From contig JAQGDQ010000199.1 of NCBI GenBank assembly GCA_030141605.1, positions 214,430-270,346 of the forward strand: DNA of 55,917 nt, written 5' to 3'. This document shows positions 38,308 to 51,221 of this stretch, one piece after another. Source of the stretch: Tubiluchus corallicola (taxonomy: Eukaryota; Animalia; Priapulida). The first letter of the stretch is position 1, and every line of letters starts with the position of its first letter. Position numbers and translations under genes: made by a program. The notes beneath the pieces are model-generated. The model saw only the letters and a list, made by a program, of their open reading frames with translations. It had not been told where the DNA came from and searched no databases.

Positions 38308-41300
38308 CTTGATTTCACCAATATATATATATATTGATGATATCAAGCTTTGAAAAGGAGGAAATGCGAAAATTTGGAGCACAGCCTGGGTTTGAACCAG
38401 GGATAGTCTTCTAACATAGTAGATGGCATAACAGCAAAATTACTGCGTTTTTTTATTTTTTTATTTTTTACTATCTCAATTATTTCATTTCATTTATTCA
38501 TTAAATATATCCACAATGATCATTATAGCATTGTACATAAAAGTATTTAATAACATATTTATTATTATGTGCACAAGATGCCAAGCCGCAAATGACCCGT
38601 GGGGTACTCAAGAAGTAATTACTTGTTTAGAGTACCCCAAATGAATGAGGACTGAGTGTAATAGAAAAGAGCAGTAAAGGAGTAGAAGGAAAGGTTAATA
38701 GAGAATAAAAAGAAGGAGAATGATGTGGTAGTATCTGTATGAGTAACATGACCTATAGAAATGTAGAAATTGACATAGCCAGCAACACAATGGATTCCGA
38801 CAGGGACAGCAGTGTAATTAATCAAATTGATTTATTCTGTATAATTAGAAAAGATTTCAGTAAAGAATTTTTTATGTATTCGTTGATGTTATTCCAAAGT
38901 CTAGGGCCAGTGTTAGTGATGAAGTGCCTTGCCGCGTCAGTCCTGCAATACTTAATACAAAATTCGTTAAATCTTGTTGAGTAATGTCTTACGTTAATAG
39001 ATAATGGGTTTAAAAAGAAAGCGGGGTGAAGTTTATGTTTGGCTTTGTAGATGAACACAGCCGTATTCAGGTTTATTAGATCATTTAGCACTAGGATAAA
39101 ATAATTCTTAAAAAGATTAAGACCTACATGTTCACGCTTGTTCAAATTAGCTATCAATCTTATAAATTTACGTTGTAGAGAGTTTAGTTTAACTAGAGTT
39201 GAAGGGTAGGTGTGCCCCCAAAGTATATTACAGCAGGTCAAGTTTGGCAGTACTAGACAATTATAAAGAATGATTAGGTATTCTTTTGAAAAACAATGTT
39301 TAACTGGACTGATTAAGCCAATGTTCTAAGCAACTTTAGAATGAATCATGTTTAAGTGTGGTTTCCAATCTAGGTGTTCATTTAACATAACCCCTAGGAA
39401 CTTCATTTCGCTTACTTGTTCTACAGCATTACCATCAATTTTTATAATACTGTTCATATTTATAGGTTTGTTACGAGCTCTGAATAAAATGTATTTAGTT
39501 TTAGTTGAGTTTAGTGCTAATTTATTGATTTTAAACCAGGCTGTAATTTTACTGAGTTCACTATTAATAATGTTAGTGTCAAGACCTTTCCATTGTCAGT
39601 AATACAGTTTTGTAAGTCATTAATGTATATTAAAAACAACAGAGGTCCCAAAATAGATCCCTGGGGTACTCCGTGTGTGACTATTGCTTCGTTGGAAGGA
39701 ACATTGTTACATCTGACTGTGGTCCTTGAGGTAATTAGCAAAGCATGAGTATGCGATCCCTCTAATGCCATAGTGGAATAACTTATCTAACAGAATAGCA
39801 TGATTAACTGTATCAAAGGCCTTAGAGAGATCACAAAAAATGCCAATGGCAACAGCGTTTTGTTCTAATGAATTAATTACGTTGTTTACTATATTTATTA
39901 GGCCTAGCTGTGTTGAACTACCCTTGAACGTTCCCTGGCCATTATGGCAGTTCAAAGTTTATTAATTATAGCTACCGGCCACTTCAGCATTTCTATGCTT
40001 ATGTAAGAGTGATGCTAACTAATTAGGTTAATTTAAATTTAGATTATTTTTGAACTCGAATTTCACGTGAGCAATTAACAATTATTTATAACTTAATATC
40101 GGCTTATATTTAAAATAAGAAATGTGAAAACGTTGAGACATAGCCATGATGATCCCTGAGGAGCATAGTAGTCTAGGGTTACCCAGAAGGTCCCTGGTTG
40201 AACGCCAGGCTATGTTCAAAATTTCTCACATTTCTTATTTTTTCAAAGTCTAGTTTCAAAATTCACTTAACTGTGGGCTTTTATAACCATTAATCGTCTA
40301 GTTCTTACTTAACTTCCATAGTCTTGAACTGTTCCACGTCACCATGCATGAACAACGGAACATGTGAGGATGTACTAGAACCTGACGATTGTGACTGCAG
40401 CGCTAGTTGTGAGGAAGTCATCGCATATTTTACATGCTACTGTCCAGAGGGTTATGAAGGACGCTTATGCGAAAGTACTTTTTACATAATATTATCGTCT
40501 TTTATTAGCAAAAAATTGAGATAAGTTTTTAGGCGATTGACACTCATAAAAGAATTGCAAAATGTTCAATTAGAATAGTCACGTTGATTTAAGTCGATGT
40601 ATGGATAAATTTTTGGCACAAAGCTCACGGCTTTTTTGTTTTAAAAACTCAGCCGTAGAAGTTGATGTGAGAACAACACATTCTCTGTGACTACCACTTA
40701 TGTTGCTGCCACCACAGCCACCAAGTGCCATCACCAACACCAATACCATCACCACAACCACTCACAAGCCACGGCTGTTAGTTCTTACTATTGTCTCTGC
40801 TTGTTGCCATCACCATAACCCCATATCATGATCACCCACCAACACCAGCACCTCTACCATCATCATCGCCACAACCACAACCAGTACCACCACAACCGCA
40901 ATCTAATTCTCCTTCCACCTCTGCCTCATTCGTCCCTTTTCCTCCTCCTGTTTATTCCTCTTTGTTTTGTCCTCTTCCCCCTTTGCCTTATTCTTCTCCT
41001 TTTCTTCCTTCTTCTATGGGGGCCGCTCATACTACTAGCTGTTGACACATCTCAAAAGGAAGCACTTACCAAGTTATCACTGAAACTTATAGTTCAAGCA
41101 AATCATATAATAGCTGAAAAACAGCACTAGTTGCCAATAAAAATAGATTCATAAATAAATAAATAAATAAATGGTTCTGTTTGCAAAATTCAAGTAGAAG
41201 CTTTGTATTTTAGAGCTCGACCCGGAGAAAACCGAAAATTGGTGGATCTTCGTTGTAGCAGCCGGTGTTCTGTTGGTCATCCTTTTGGCTTCATTTCTTT

Positions 41301-44300
41301 ACTACAAAAGCAAGAAACGTATTCAAGCTAAAAAAGATGAATCGGCTACTGAACTCAGTCTGGAAAACACACAAAATGGTTAGATAATACACGTACATGC
41401 ATCTGCTCTCTTATATGTCATGAAAGATTTCCATTATTGTACAGAAATAATTTTATTGTTTGTGCTGCTGTTATTAAAGAACTATGTAAATTTTATGCAA
41501 GTGTATGAAAGTGGTTTATTGTGGGTATTGTTGGGCATATCCCATCACTCGGTAAAAGACAGTCAATCAAGATGTAGTATCTTGTTCGCATCATTGTCTT
41601 TGTTTATCTCTGCTGTTTTTTCATTTGTTGGGGTTCATTTAAAGGAAAACCGGATGATTATTTAGACTCATGCTTATTTTAATTTACTGTCCAAAATATA
41701 TGTTTTCTTGCCTATAAACGTTAGCAATTGTTTCTTACATTTGAATAATTTGTTTAGAAAGTTACTAGCACGTTTGCATAAGTGTTCCTGCTGAAACGCA
41801 TGATGCCACGAAATCATGATGCCATGACGTTTTTGTCATATGACGCCAGAAACTAACACTGCAGTTCATGATTATGGTTATCACTGTACCGCCTTCTATT
41901 TGTTGGCCGCGCGCACGTTACAAAAAGGCGCCATTGCCAATTTCAGTAGATTCACTGAGCCGCGCGTAGCTTTGAAAGTTTGAGTATCCAAAGTAATTAT
42001 TGTTTAATTTAAGCTTTGATTCAAAAAACGCTATTGCAGTTTTCAATATTTTAGAGCATTCTCTATTCTGAACTAATGTTTACACAATCAGCCGGTTTTC
42101 TTTTAACTTAAGCTGATACCAGCCAGAATAAATTAAATTTCCAAAGCTCTCTCACAAAGCCAGAATTGCATATGTGTTTTTCCGTAACCTGAACTTCTAT
42201 TAGGTCTATCCGCCACATACGCATATTGACATAACAGAGACTTGATACAAGACACTGCAGGAATTCACTGAAATCTACACATGACCTACGAATAATAATA
42301 TAATCAAATAGTTATCCTGCATTTGTTGACAATATTGAGAAAAAGGTTTAAACCGCGCCATTGCCTTGTATACATGCACTTTAAGGTAAACCTGTTTTCA
42401 AAAAAGTAATGCGTAGGCCTACAGACATTTCAATTTCTTATGTGCATGCGGAATCATATTGAGTTAAGCATCAACATTTTTCTACATTATTATCCAAAAG
42501 TCATGCTTTAAATGTGCTGAATTTCTTCCCTGCACATTCGCAAATGAGAATGTAGATAATCCAGCAGCCAGGACATCAACGTATGCCAAATATTAAGCCA
42601 GTGAAGACCCTGACCTAATAGAAGATCCAAATTTCCTCGAAAACTAACACACAGACCGCGACTTCAATATTGCTTTACCAGTCAAAATCAACAACCACAG
42701 CGTGAAATTCTAAGACAAAATTGAAAGATTTAATGAAAAAACACATAATATTTTTGCATTATTTCAATAAAAGATTTATTGCCATTGGAAAAATAGATAT
42801 TGAGTATTGGACGAGTAAACCCCATCCCCACATTGCAAAATAGTTTAATATTCAGTTTCGCTGTTATCACAATGTAAAGTTGATTTACCTTTTTCACTGT
42901 ATTTATAGGACAATATGATGCTCTTAGTGCAGAAAATCCAGACGAACACATTTACGAGATAATTGGTGAAACACTAATGGGATGCAAATGCGAGGTTAGG
43001 GTAGCTCTCAGAAGCAAAACCGAACAAAGTGAAGAGGTTAACAGTGCAGTAAAAGAAACTCGTCGAAGAGTATATGAAAATGTAAAACCCAACTCTGATA
43101 AGCCGCTACCCGTTCAACTAGGAAAATTGTTCGACCAGATTTTATTGGAGAAGGAAAAAAATAATGGCTTCTGTAACGAGTTCGATGTAAGTCGCTTAAG
43201 TAATCCAACATGTCGTGTCAGCTGGCATAATTAATTTTGCTGCGATTTGTAATTTTCATGTATTCAGCTCCGCATATTAATTGAAAGCTCTCGATCTAGT
43301 GTGGTCCCATTGTTTGGTGTAATAGAAATCCGAGTGTACTGTAGTATACTCCAGCGAAGTCTCATAACAATCCGGTGTGAGATGGCATGATTTTAGGCTT
43401 TCTGTGAAAATTGTGTTATCACAGCTATCAAGAATTCAAAATAGACTGACTCCGCCAATCAATGCAGAATTTGTAGATTGTCAATTGCAACTGCCATGGA
43501 GATTTAAGCTTTTGCAAAAACTCATTCCATAACAGCAATAGCAACAACATCATCTCCCAAAAGCAGCTATTTGGAAGTTCCACTTGCCAGCTTGTTTCCA
43601 CCTGAAGAGCAAAAGACTCTGTCGAATGTTTGCACATTATTGATAATTGCCAAATTGGCCTAATAGCATTTTTTCACGGCACATAATTTCAGCTAATTGC
43701 AACATTTTTTGCATGCTATTGTCATAACATTGTCTTATGTTGATGTTGTTGATGCCATCGCTATCGTCATCGACACAAGGTGATGTAACGTAGTGGGTGT
43801 GGTGTGATTATATGACAAAATAACGATATGGCGTAGTGAACGGGACATTCTGTGGTGTTGTGTGCTGTGGTATATTGTGATGTGATGTGGTGGGTGTGGT
43901 ACAATGAAGTGAGGTGGGTGGATGTGGTGTGGAGTGGAGTGGGTTGTTCTTGTGGTATAGATTGTTGTTGTGGATTCATAAGCAAACTTCATTTGCAGAG
44001 TTCGCTACCGAGTTGGATGGTTACCAAATTATTTTTTCCAAGAAATAGACCAAGTGTGAAAAAATTTAGTAGCAGGAAAAGAGTAACAACAAGAATGAAG
44101 CTGTATCCTGTGTAAAAGTAAAAATGGCAAAGAAACGTATTTTACTGTAGACTTAAATGTTTAAATATTTATTTTATGACTTTACTAGCACAAAAATACT
44201 GTACATTTGTCTTACTATGCAAGTGTTTTAAACAAAGAATTTGCTGATCAGTAGGGGCAGGTGCACATTAGAGTTACTACACAAGACCTTATAGCTCCAG

Positions 44301-47300
44301 CTGCGGTAATATGCTGATCTTTATTAGATGCACAACCAAAACATTAAGCTACACTAATAAAAAACGAATGCCTTTTCTTAGTCTCAAAAAATGTTTTTAA
44401 ATGTCACAAGCCTTAACCTTAATATGCATCATCAGCTGAATTAACAATAATGAAAACTTGTGCTGTTTCAGGCTAGCAGCACAAGTTTCTGAAGTAACTT
44501 TGGACAAAAGCTCCTGGCAATAAAAAAAGCAATTCAATTTTTTGCAGTCTTTTCAGGCAATACCTATCACAAGTCATCACGTGTCTAATGCTGGATTAAA
44601 TTTGGAGTCAAAAAACCGTTTTCAAGATGTTATCCCATGTAAGTAGATCAATGTGCTTGCCCAGTTTTGTCAACATTATAAACCTAAATAATAGAGATAT
44701 ATCCAAATTAATTTACGGATCGATGAATTCTATATTGCTTCGCCCTACATGGTCTTTCCCGATCATCAGCCAAGTGGTACGGTAAGACACATGATCCTGT
44801 TACATAAGGTTCGGCTGGTTGGAGTCCAGCTGAAGGGACTTGATGTCCAACTTAGAGGTTACCTGGATTTTTCTTGATTCACTTCCTTAATTACAATTGC
44901 TAAGCCATGTGTGATTGATTACTTTTGAGTCTTAATATTAATCTAATATTAATATTTAATATTAATCAAGCTTGCTCATAAAATAAAATAACAATTGTGA
45001 ATTTTGTAGCTATCGCATTTTATGTTAATCATTTTCAGATGACAACTACCGTGTCAAACTTCTTCCAACAACTCGACTTTCCTCTGATTATATAAACGCT
45101 TCTTACGTTGATGTAAGTTCATTTTTTGATACAGTATATTGGAAGACAATAATTTATATTTAAACTGGGTTCACAACCCTGTTCAAATATAAGGTATTAC
45201 CTACCAATACTATTTCAAGCTAAACGTTAACTAACATGGGAAAATATTTGCCCGCCAATTAATTTACTTGAAATTACAAGCTCAAATTTTAATTATTTGT
45301 TTTTTCCCGACGAGCTTCCACGAAATAACGTTAATCGTAATATAAAACCGGATTCATTACAATGGTAAAATTTAATAGTGTTTAAACGACATACCCTGGC
45401 ACAAAAAAAAACTAAAAAAGCAAGTAACCAAAACGGGAAAATATTTGCCAGCCAATTAATTTACTTGAAATTATAAGCATAAATTTTAATAATTTGTTTT
45501 TGAAATTAGATATGAGTGCAAATGACTAAAAGCTCAAGGATAAAAAATTAAAGGCTTTTTGTAAATTACTGATGAAAAAATTATTCTGTCCTAAAATTAA
45601 ATCTGATTTTAGATTTTTTCAGATGCAGATCATGTTGTAAATTTGATGGAAAACAAAATTTAATGTTTGTTGTAATTAAAGGGCTATAACCAGGAGAATT
45701 CAGTCATTGTGACCCAGTTACCATTACCAACCACAATCACCGACTTTTGGTGCATGGTTATGGAACAAAGTGTAGCAACTGTCGTGATGCTGAATCAGTG
45801 GCCGTTGAATCAAATGGTAGACCAAACATTTTCCATATAAAGTGTTTTTGTTCAATTTCAACTTTATGCCTTCGATCAATAATCAATTAATATATGAATT
45901 ACAGAAACTTTGTTGTATTAACATAGGTTGTACATAGAATGGACATTTTCAAATAAATCACTGCATGTGACAAAAAATGAAAAAAAATCTCGAAATCTAA
46001 ATTTTAATTCTCTTGTTTGGCCCCATAAACAGGACTACTGGTAATAAGAAGTAGTAATATACATACATTTCAGGAATGTCCACAATACTGGCCAGAGCCG
46101 GGCGGAAAAGCACAACATGGTGGTATTACAGTAAGATGCAATTTGCCAATAAAGCGAAGCAAGTATTACGACATAAGGATACTTGAAGTTGCAAATATTT
46201 ACAATGTAAGAATTTCAAGCTTCCATACTGTATAACGTGGTGGTATTACAGTAAGATGCAATTTGCCAATAAAGCGAAGCAAGTATTACGACATAAGGAT
46301 ACTTGAAGTTGCAAATATTTACAATGTAAGAATTCCAAGTTTCCATACTGTACAACGTGGTGGTATTACAGTAAGATGCAATTTGCCAATAAAGCGAAGC
46401 ACGTATTACGACATAAAGATACTTGAAGTTGCAAATATTTACAATGTAAGAATTCCAAGTTTCCATACTGTTCTAACTAACACAGCAAGATGCAGCAGCA
46501 GTGCAGTGTGTGTAATCTGTGTGTAGTGTAATGGTGTGTGACAGATGTGTACAGAAGTACGTGTAACAAAGGTGTATGCAAAAGTTCTTTATAGTAGTAA
46601 TCCTAAAGCGAATTATACGTTCTATCTGTTACTGATAGTAAAATATTGTCATTTTTGCTAATTTGTCAACACTGAACATGTATTGAAGGAAACCATCACT
46701 GGCGTTCCGTAAACAAGAGTCTTTACAATAACTTACAACTTTATAACCAATATGTTTCGACCTTTAAGCAACCTTGAGAGTTTAGAGTGTGATATAATTT
46801 GCAACACGCAAAGGGCATTTTACTTTTTGAGGTTGTAAAAATTATTCTACTGTACAAGGCATGGAATTCTAAATGCACTTGCTTTTTCTAGAATGAGTCA
46901 CGAACACTGCATCATTTTCACTTCAAGTCTTGGCCACTTGAAGCAACAATACCTTCATCACCACAGGCCTTTCTGAATCTTCTAAATGCTGTTAAAAAAT
47001 GGGAATTGGACATAAAGAATGAAAAAATTGTTGTACAATGTCTGTAAGTTTGTTACTATAGCTACATAATTATAATTTTTTAAAAAATAAATTGCAAGTG
47101 AAATTCATTTTGCAGAGTATTGTGGATACAGACGTTCGTGCTACTTGTAGAAATATGCTGAGAACAAAGAAACTTAAGATTAACATTAATTTATGTTCTT
47201 CGACTAGCAATATCTTTCAGCTGAATGTTTGGCAAACCTCTTAGAGTTTCAAAGCTGTAATCATGCTCTTTCTTGCACAGAGATGGCGCACAAAGATGTG

Positions 47301-47704
47301 GATTATTCACTGCATTGAGATGCACCCTGGATAAGATTGAAGATGAGGGGCTTATTGACATTTACTCGATAATTAAACACCAGCGGTCTATCCGACCACA
47401 GTTTATACCTAACTTAGTAAGTAATCTAAGAAAATTTGCACTTCTGTAAACGTGATGCACAGATTTCTGTCTACTTAAAAATATTAAATTGCCTCGTTCT
47501 GCTTCTACATGTGGATTTGGCATTTCATAATTTGCGGGTCTTACTTTAGAGGTGACGCAACAATCATTTCTTTGTTTTTTTCAGGAACAATACAAATTTT
47601 GCTTTGAAGCTGTGTCCGCATATTTTCAATTAAAATCAGCAGCTTCGGGAAATGTACAGCATTCGGCTACTTCTGTAAAACAAGAACCATATTATAACAT
47701 TTAA
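29995..47704 (+). CDS. Single-pass receptor WSC x2-EGF-FN3 x4-EGF x2-TM-ITAM-like-PTP domain (receptor PTP-like, probably inactive); ~1190 aa assembled, start exon not found
   Basis: 20 phase-consistent exons with no in-frame stop: 29995-30291, 31288-31416, 33053-33247 (WSC); 33429-33575 (EGF); 34036-34356, 34812-34909, 35271-35502, 35798-36106, 37400-37705 (FN3); 37920-38033, 40322-40474 (EGF); 41214-41378 ([29 protein letters not shown]); 42909-43186; 44557-44638 (KNRF); 45039-45112 (DYINAS); 45682-45816 (TQLPL..T..DFW); 46074-46205 (CPQYWP); 46892-47043; 47281-47416 (VQCLDGAQRCG across the junction); 47585-47704 (EQYKFCF...YYNI*). AATAAA near 47866. Confidence 0.88.
36051..37353 (+). repeat. 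Local duplications: ~36051-36370 copied at ~36544-36864, and ~36690-37020 copied at ~37023-37353
   Basis: Direct sequence identity; an (AAT)n tract at 36395-36462 separates the first pair. Confidence 0.85.
38480..39925 (-). mobile_element. 5'-truncated, frameshifted LINE (L2/CR1/Crack-like) in a receptor intron
   Basis: [64 protein letters not shown]; 3' UTR stem ggggtactc / gagtacccc at ~38600-38638. Confidence 0.9.
41643..42102. mobile_element. Non-autonomous TTAA DNA transposon (Kolobok-like), copy 2
   Basis: TTAA|AGGAAAACCGGATGATT ... AATCAGCCGGTTTTCTT|TTAA. Confidence 0.8.
45191..45500 (+). mobile_element. Partial copy of a MITE-like dispersed repeat
   Basis: Near-identical to ~49074-49313, with an internal partial duplication at ~45435-45500. 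Confidence 0.7.
46112..46471 (+). repeat. 120-bp tandem repeat x3 spanning a PTP exon 3' end and its donor
   Basis: AAT|GTAAGA donors at 46206, 46326 and 46446. Confidence 0.95.
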
Positions 47705-49073
47705 ATTTAATAATTTCAATTAATGCTCAGTTATTTTTAATAACTGACTAGTCCAATACTCAGTTTCGGTGGCTGATTTGATAACTGATGTCTTTCGCCA
47801 CCCATTCACATTTGTTTGATAATTTAATTTATACTTATTTTCTATGTATTTTTATTGGGATAAAAATAAATTATATGATTTAATTTGATTAATTAACAAT
47901 CAAGTTGACTAAGTAACCGCACAAATTAAAAGCTGTCAGTAACGGTGAATTTACCATTACTGATTTTCATACTCAGATATATTAAAATAAATACAGGTAT
48001 AATGATGGTGTGCATTATAATTAAAATTGTAAGATACAATGATTGTGATTTTAAAACATGATTAATAGTTAGCTTCAACATGTGTCAGTTAGGCATATAA
48101 AATGCTAGCATCTGTGCTAAATTTCCCTGCAAAAGGAGGCATTGTGTGTATATTTCTATTATGCCAAGCAAAGTTTTAATATCATAATCATCATAGAGTT
48201 TAAGTTTAAACACTAAAGAAGATGACAAATACCATGACAACGCGAATAACAGCAGAGATGTTTACAGTCACATGGAAAATATCTCATTAACATAATTCAG
48301 AAGATTCCAAGAAAGGCAATTAAAATTTACAGGCTGCAGCTCAATGGCTTGCAATGGATTAGAACGACTTACACCGTCAATTATGGCACCCTCCCACACG
48401 TGATTGCTGGAAAATTTATTTAAATTAGATACAATATATTTTCGTCTTATCTGTAAAACATTCAAGTACATATAGCACAACGGCAGTAAATAGGATCTCA
48501 ACTTTGAGCTACAAGAGACCAAAATTTCACATAATTAAAATAAAACAAAAATAAAAAGGTGACATAGTGCAATTTTAGATGTACTAAAACCAGGAAATAA
48601 ATTGTTATAAAATGCAAAAGACCACATAAATGACAAAACTAATAAAATAATTAGTGTTTCACCTATATTTCATCTATACATTAGTATTCTCCATTTTTCC
48701 AGCATCTCAAACCAAACTTTGGCAGTAATTTTACATTCTCAGGCTTTCCCATTAAATAATTAAACTTACCTAGATCATTCCAGTCATTAAATGTGGTTTC
48801 GTATTAAAATATCCATTGATCAAATTGGTTCGTTAATTGTCAAAAACATTGTAATAAGACGTGCGTCACATACACGATAGTACCTCAATTACACAATTAA
48901 CATTATCGTTCATTACCTAGGATTCTTTCATAATACACTGTTTCACTTCTAACTAGGACAGTGCGGCCAGTGCCACATTTAAGTGACGAATTGTATTACA
49001 ATGTCTGGCTTCAGAACCCTGTTGAAATATCTGGCTTCAGAACCCTGTTGAAATATCTACCAATATTGGTAGA

Positions 49074-49412
49074 AAGGTATTATCTACCAATACTATTGCA
49101 AGCTGAACGTTAACTAACATGGGAAAATATTTGCCCGCCAATTAATTTACTTGAAATTACAAGCATAAATTTTAATTATTTGTTTTTTCCCGACGAGTTT
49201 CCGCGAAATAACGTTAATTATAATATAAAACCGGATTCATGACAATGGTAAAGTTTAATAGTGTTTAAACGACATATCCTGGCACAAAAAACTAAAAAAG
49301 CAAGTAACCAAAACTTTACATTCCGGATGAGTTGTGTACAAAAAAACGAATGGAGTCATTGTCGTACTGACGTAGCCATCTTTGCTCATTATAGAGCATT
49401 TAGTAGGTAATG
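49074..49412. mobile_element. MITE-like element, fuller copy
   Basis: Imperfect TIR atta(t/c)ctacc / tagtaggtaat; second copy at 45191. Confidence 0.6.
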
Positions 49413-49723
49413 GTTATGGTTGAATTGTATCCATGTACTGGATCTAACGGTAATGATCTTCTTGAACAATGTTCTTTGTATAAAATAAACACTTCTCAAA
49501 TTCACTCAAATTCATTAGTTTTCGTTGTTTAGTTTTACCTTTTCTGTTCTAATAATTGCAAATTTACAATCTTTTGTTGTATCAAAAACGATTTTCTCAC
49601 ACAAAAATTCTCACCTTAACTGAGAACTTGACCTGTGACAATTCTCCACATTTCCCGGACATTTGTTATTCCATTGACAAAATGATTGTTGGATGCCTAA
49701 TGGAGTGGGAATAAATAATTACG

Positions 49724-49763
<40 letters not shown>

Positions 49764-51221
49764 TTATCGTGTTTTCGTGTTAATCCGTCATTCGGGCACC
49801 TTTCTTCCTCCAACGTATGACCATCTTCTCTAGAAACTCCTATTCAAGTGGAACATGGTTGGAAAGATTCGCACATGAGTGGGATTTGAATCCAGACGAC
49901 CTGGATCGTGATGTACCAATTGGCCATCTGATGAATATAAAATATGTGGTGTACACCTTAACAGGTGTCTTAATTAATTTCGTTGATTAAAATGGAATCA
50001 ATGACATTGATTGCTGTAAAATTGTTGTACGTTTATGTAAATATCAAAGTTCATGTTGCATGTATCAGCCCTAGTGAGAACTTCCTTGTTCATATCAAAA
50101 AACAAACAAATTTGACACAAACTCGTGTAAAGGTAGAAATCATAATGCATTTGAAAGACTACATCTCTCCGCGTATCTAGAGACTATTCATTTAGCAAAA
50201 TGTTGTAAACTTTCCCGTTTTCTTTTATAAATGCTTCTGGTTTTATAAGTAAGAAATTCTACAGCATAATTTTCAGAGAGACAATCAAGTGAAAAATAAA
50301 TTATCACAAAAATTAGGCCTAACTTGGAGAGCCTAACTGCAACTAGCCTAAGACTGTCAATTAAATACTTATTTGCTGTTAATTCGACTGCTTTTTTAAC
50401 TCACTTTACACTTTGATTGTTATTTAATTTTAATAATTATAATAAAGCATTAAAACATAAATGCAATGGTCATCATCAAACGCCCCTTGCGTCTTATAGA
50501 CTGGACAGACAAAGTATTAAAATGCAGAGGACATTTGCCATCAAGGCAAGTAAACACAATCTAGTCACCTTTCATGGTGAATCAGAAGTGGAGATTATTT
50601 TCTGTTCTGAGCAGTTAAAGGCAACATTAAAAGTTGCCTATGTCACACTTAATATTTAATACTGTACGTTTTAAAAGTGCGTCTAGATCTTTGCGTCACC
50701 AAACTTATGGAGTTAAATTGAACACGCTGTGGAATAACGAGTATCAAAAAAATATTAAAAAACAGAGAATTTATTTCCTAAAACCTTGTTCTGTCCGAGT
50801 TGCATTGTGTCGAAATGGGAAATTTTGGTATCAAATTTAGTTGCTGCGTGTTATCAAGGAACTTTGAACGCAATAAATCAAACACACAGTATATCCATAA
50901 ATATCCAATATATCCCCCCCGCTACAACGGGTGCATTGGTGAACGTGTTTGCATAGTTTAGCGTGTCTGTTACATAAGTTAAATTTTACTATAAATGTAC
51001 AGCATTTGCTTCAAAAACTCATTGCCAAACTATATATATATATATTTGTGCAAAAATTGGTTTCTGCAATGTATAAATCGTAAATTTATGAATCCATATA
51101 GTTCAGTATAACAACGAGAAAACCCCTAGAAACTTCAACACGTCAAAGGTTCAAATACTAAAATAAAAACTTTGAAGTGCTTATTGGATGTAAACAGATT
51201 GTGGAAACATAAACATACGAA

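Noticed and set aside
40680-41045. Mucin-like Thr/Pro stalk exon between EGF and TM
   Set aside because: Low-complexity microsatellite decay with stops and no convincing splice sites; exons 40474 and 41214 already join in frame.
43187-44556. Hidden D1 PTP exons
   Set aside because: No PTP motifs found; too short for the roughly eight exons needed; partly low-complexity GTG repeats.
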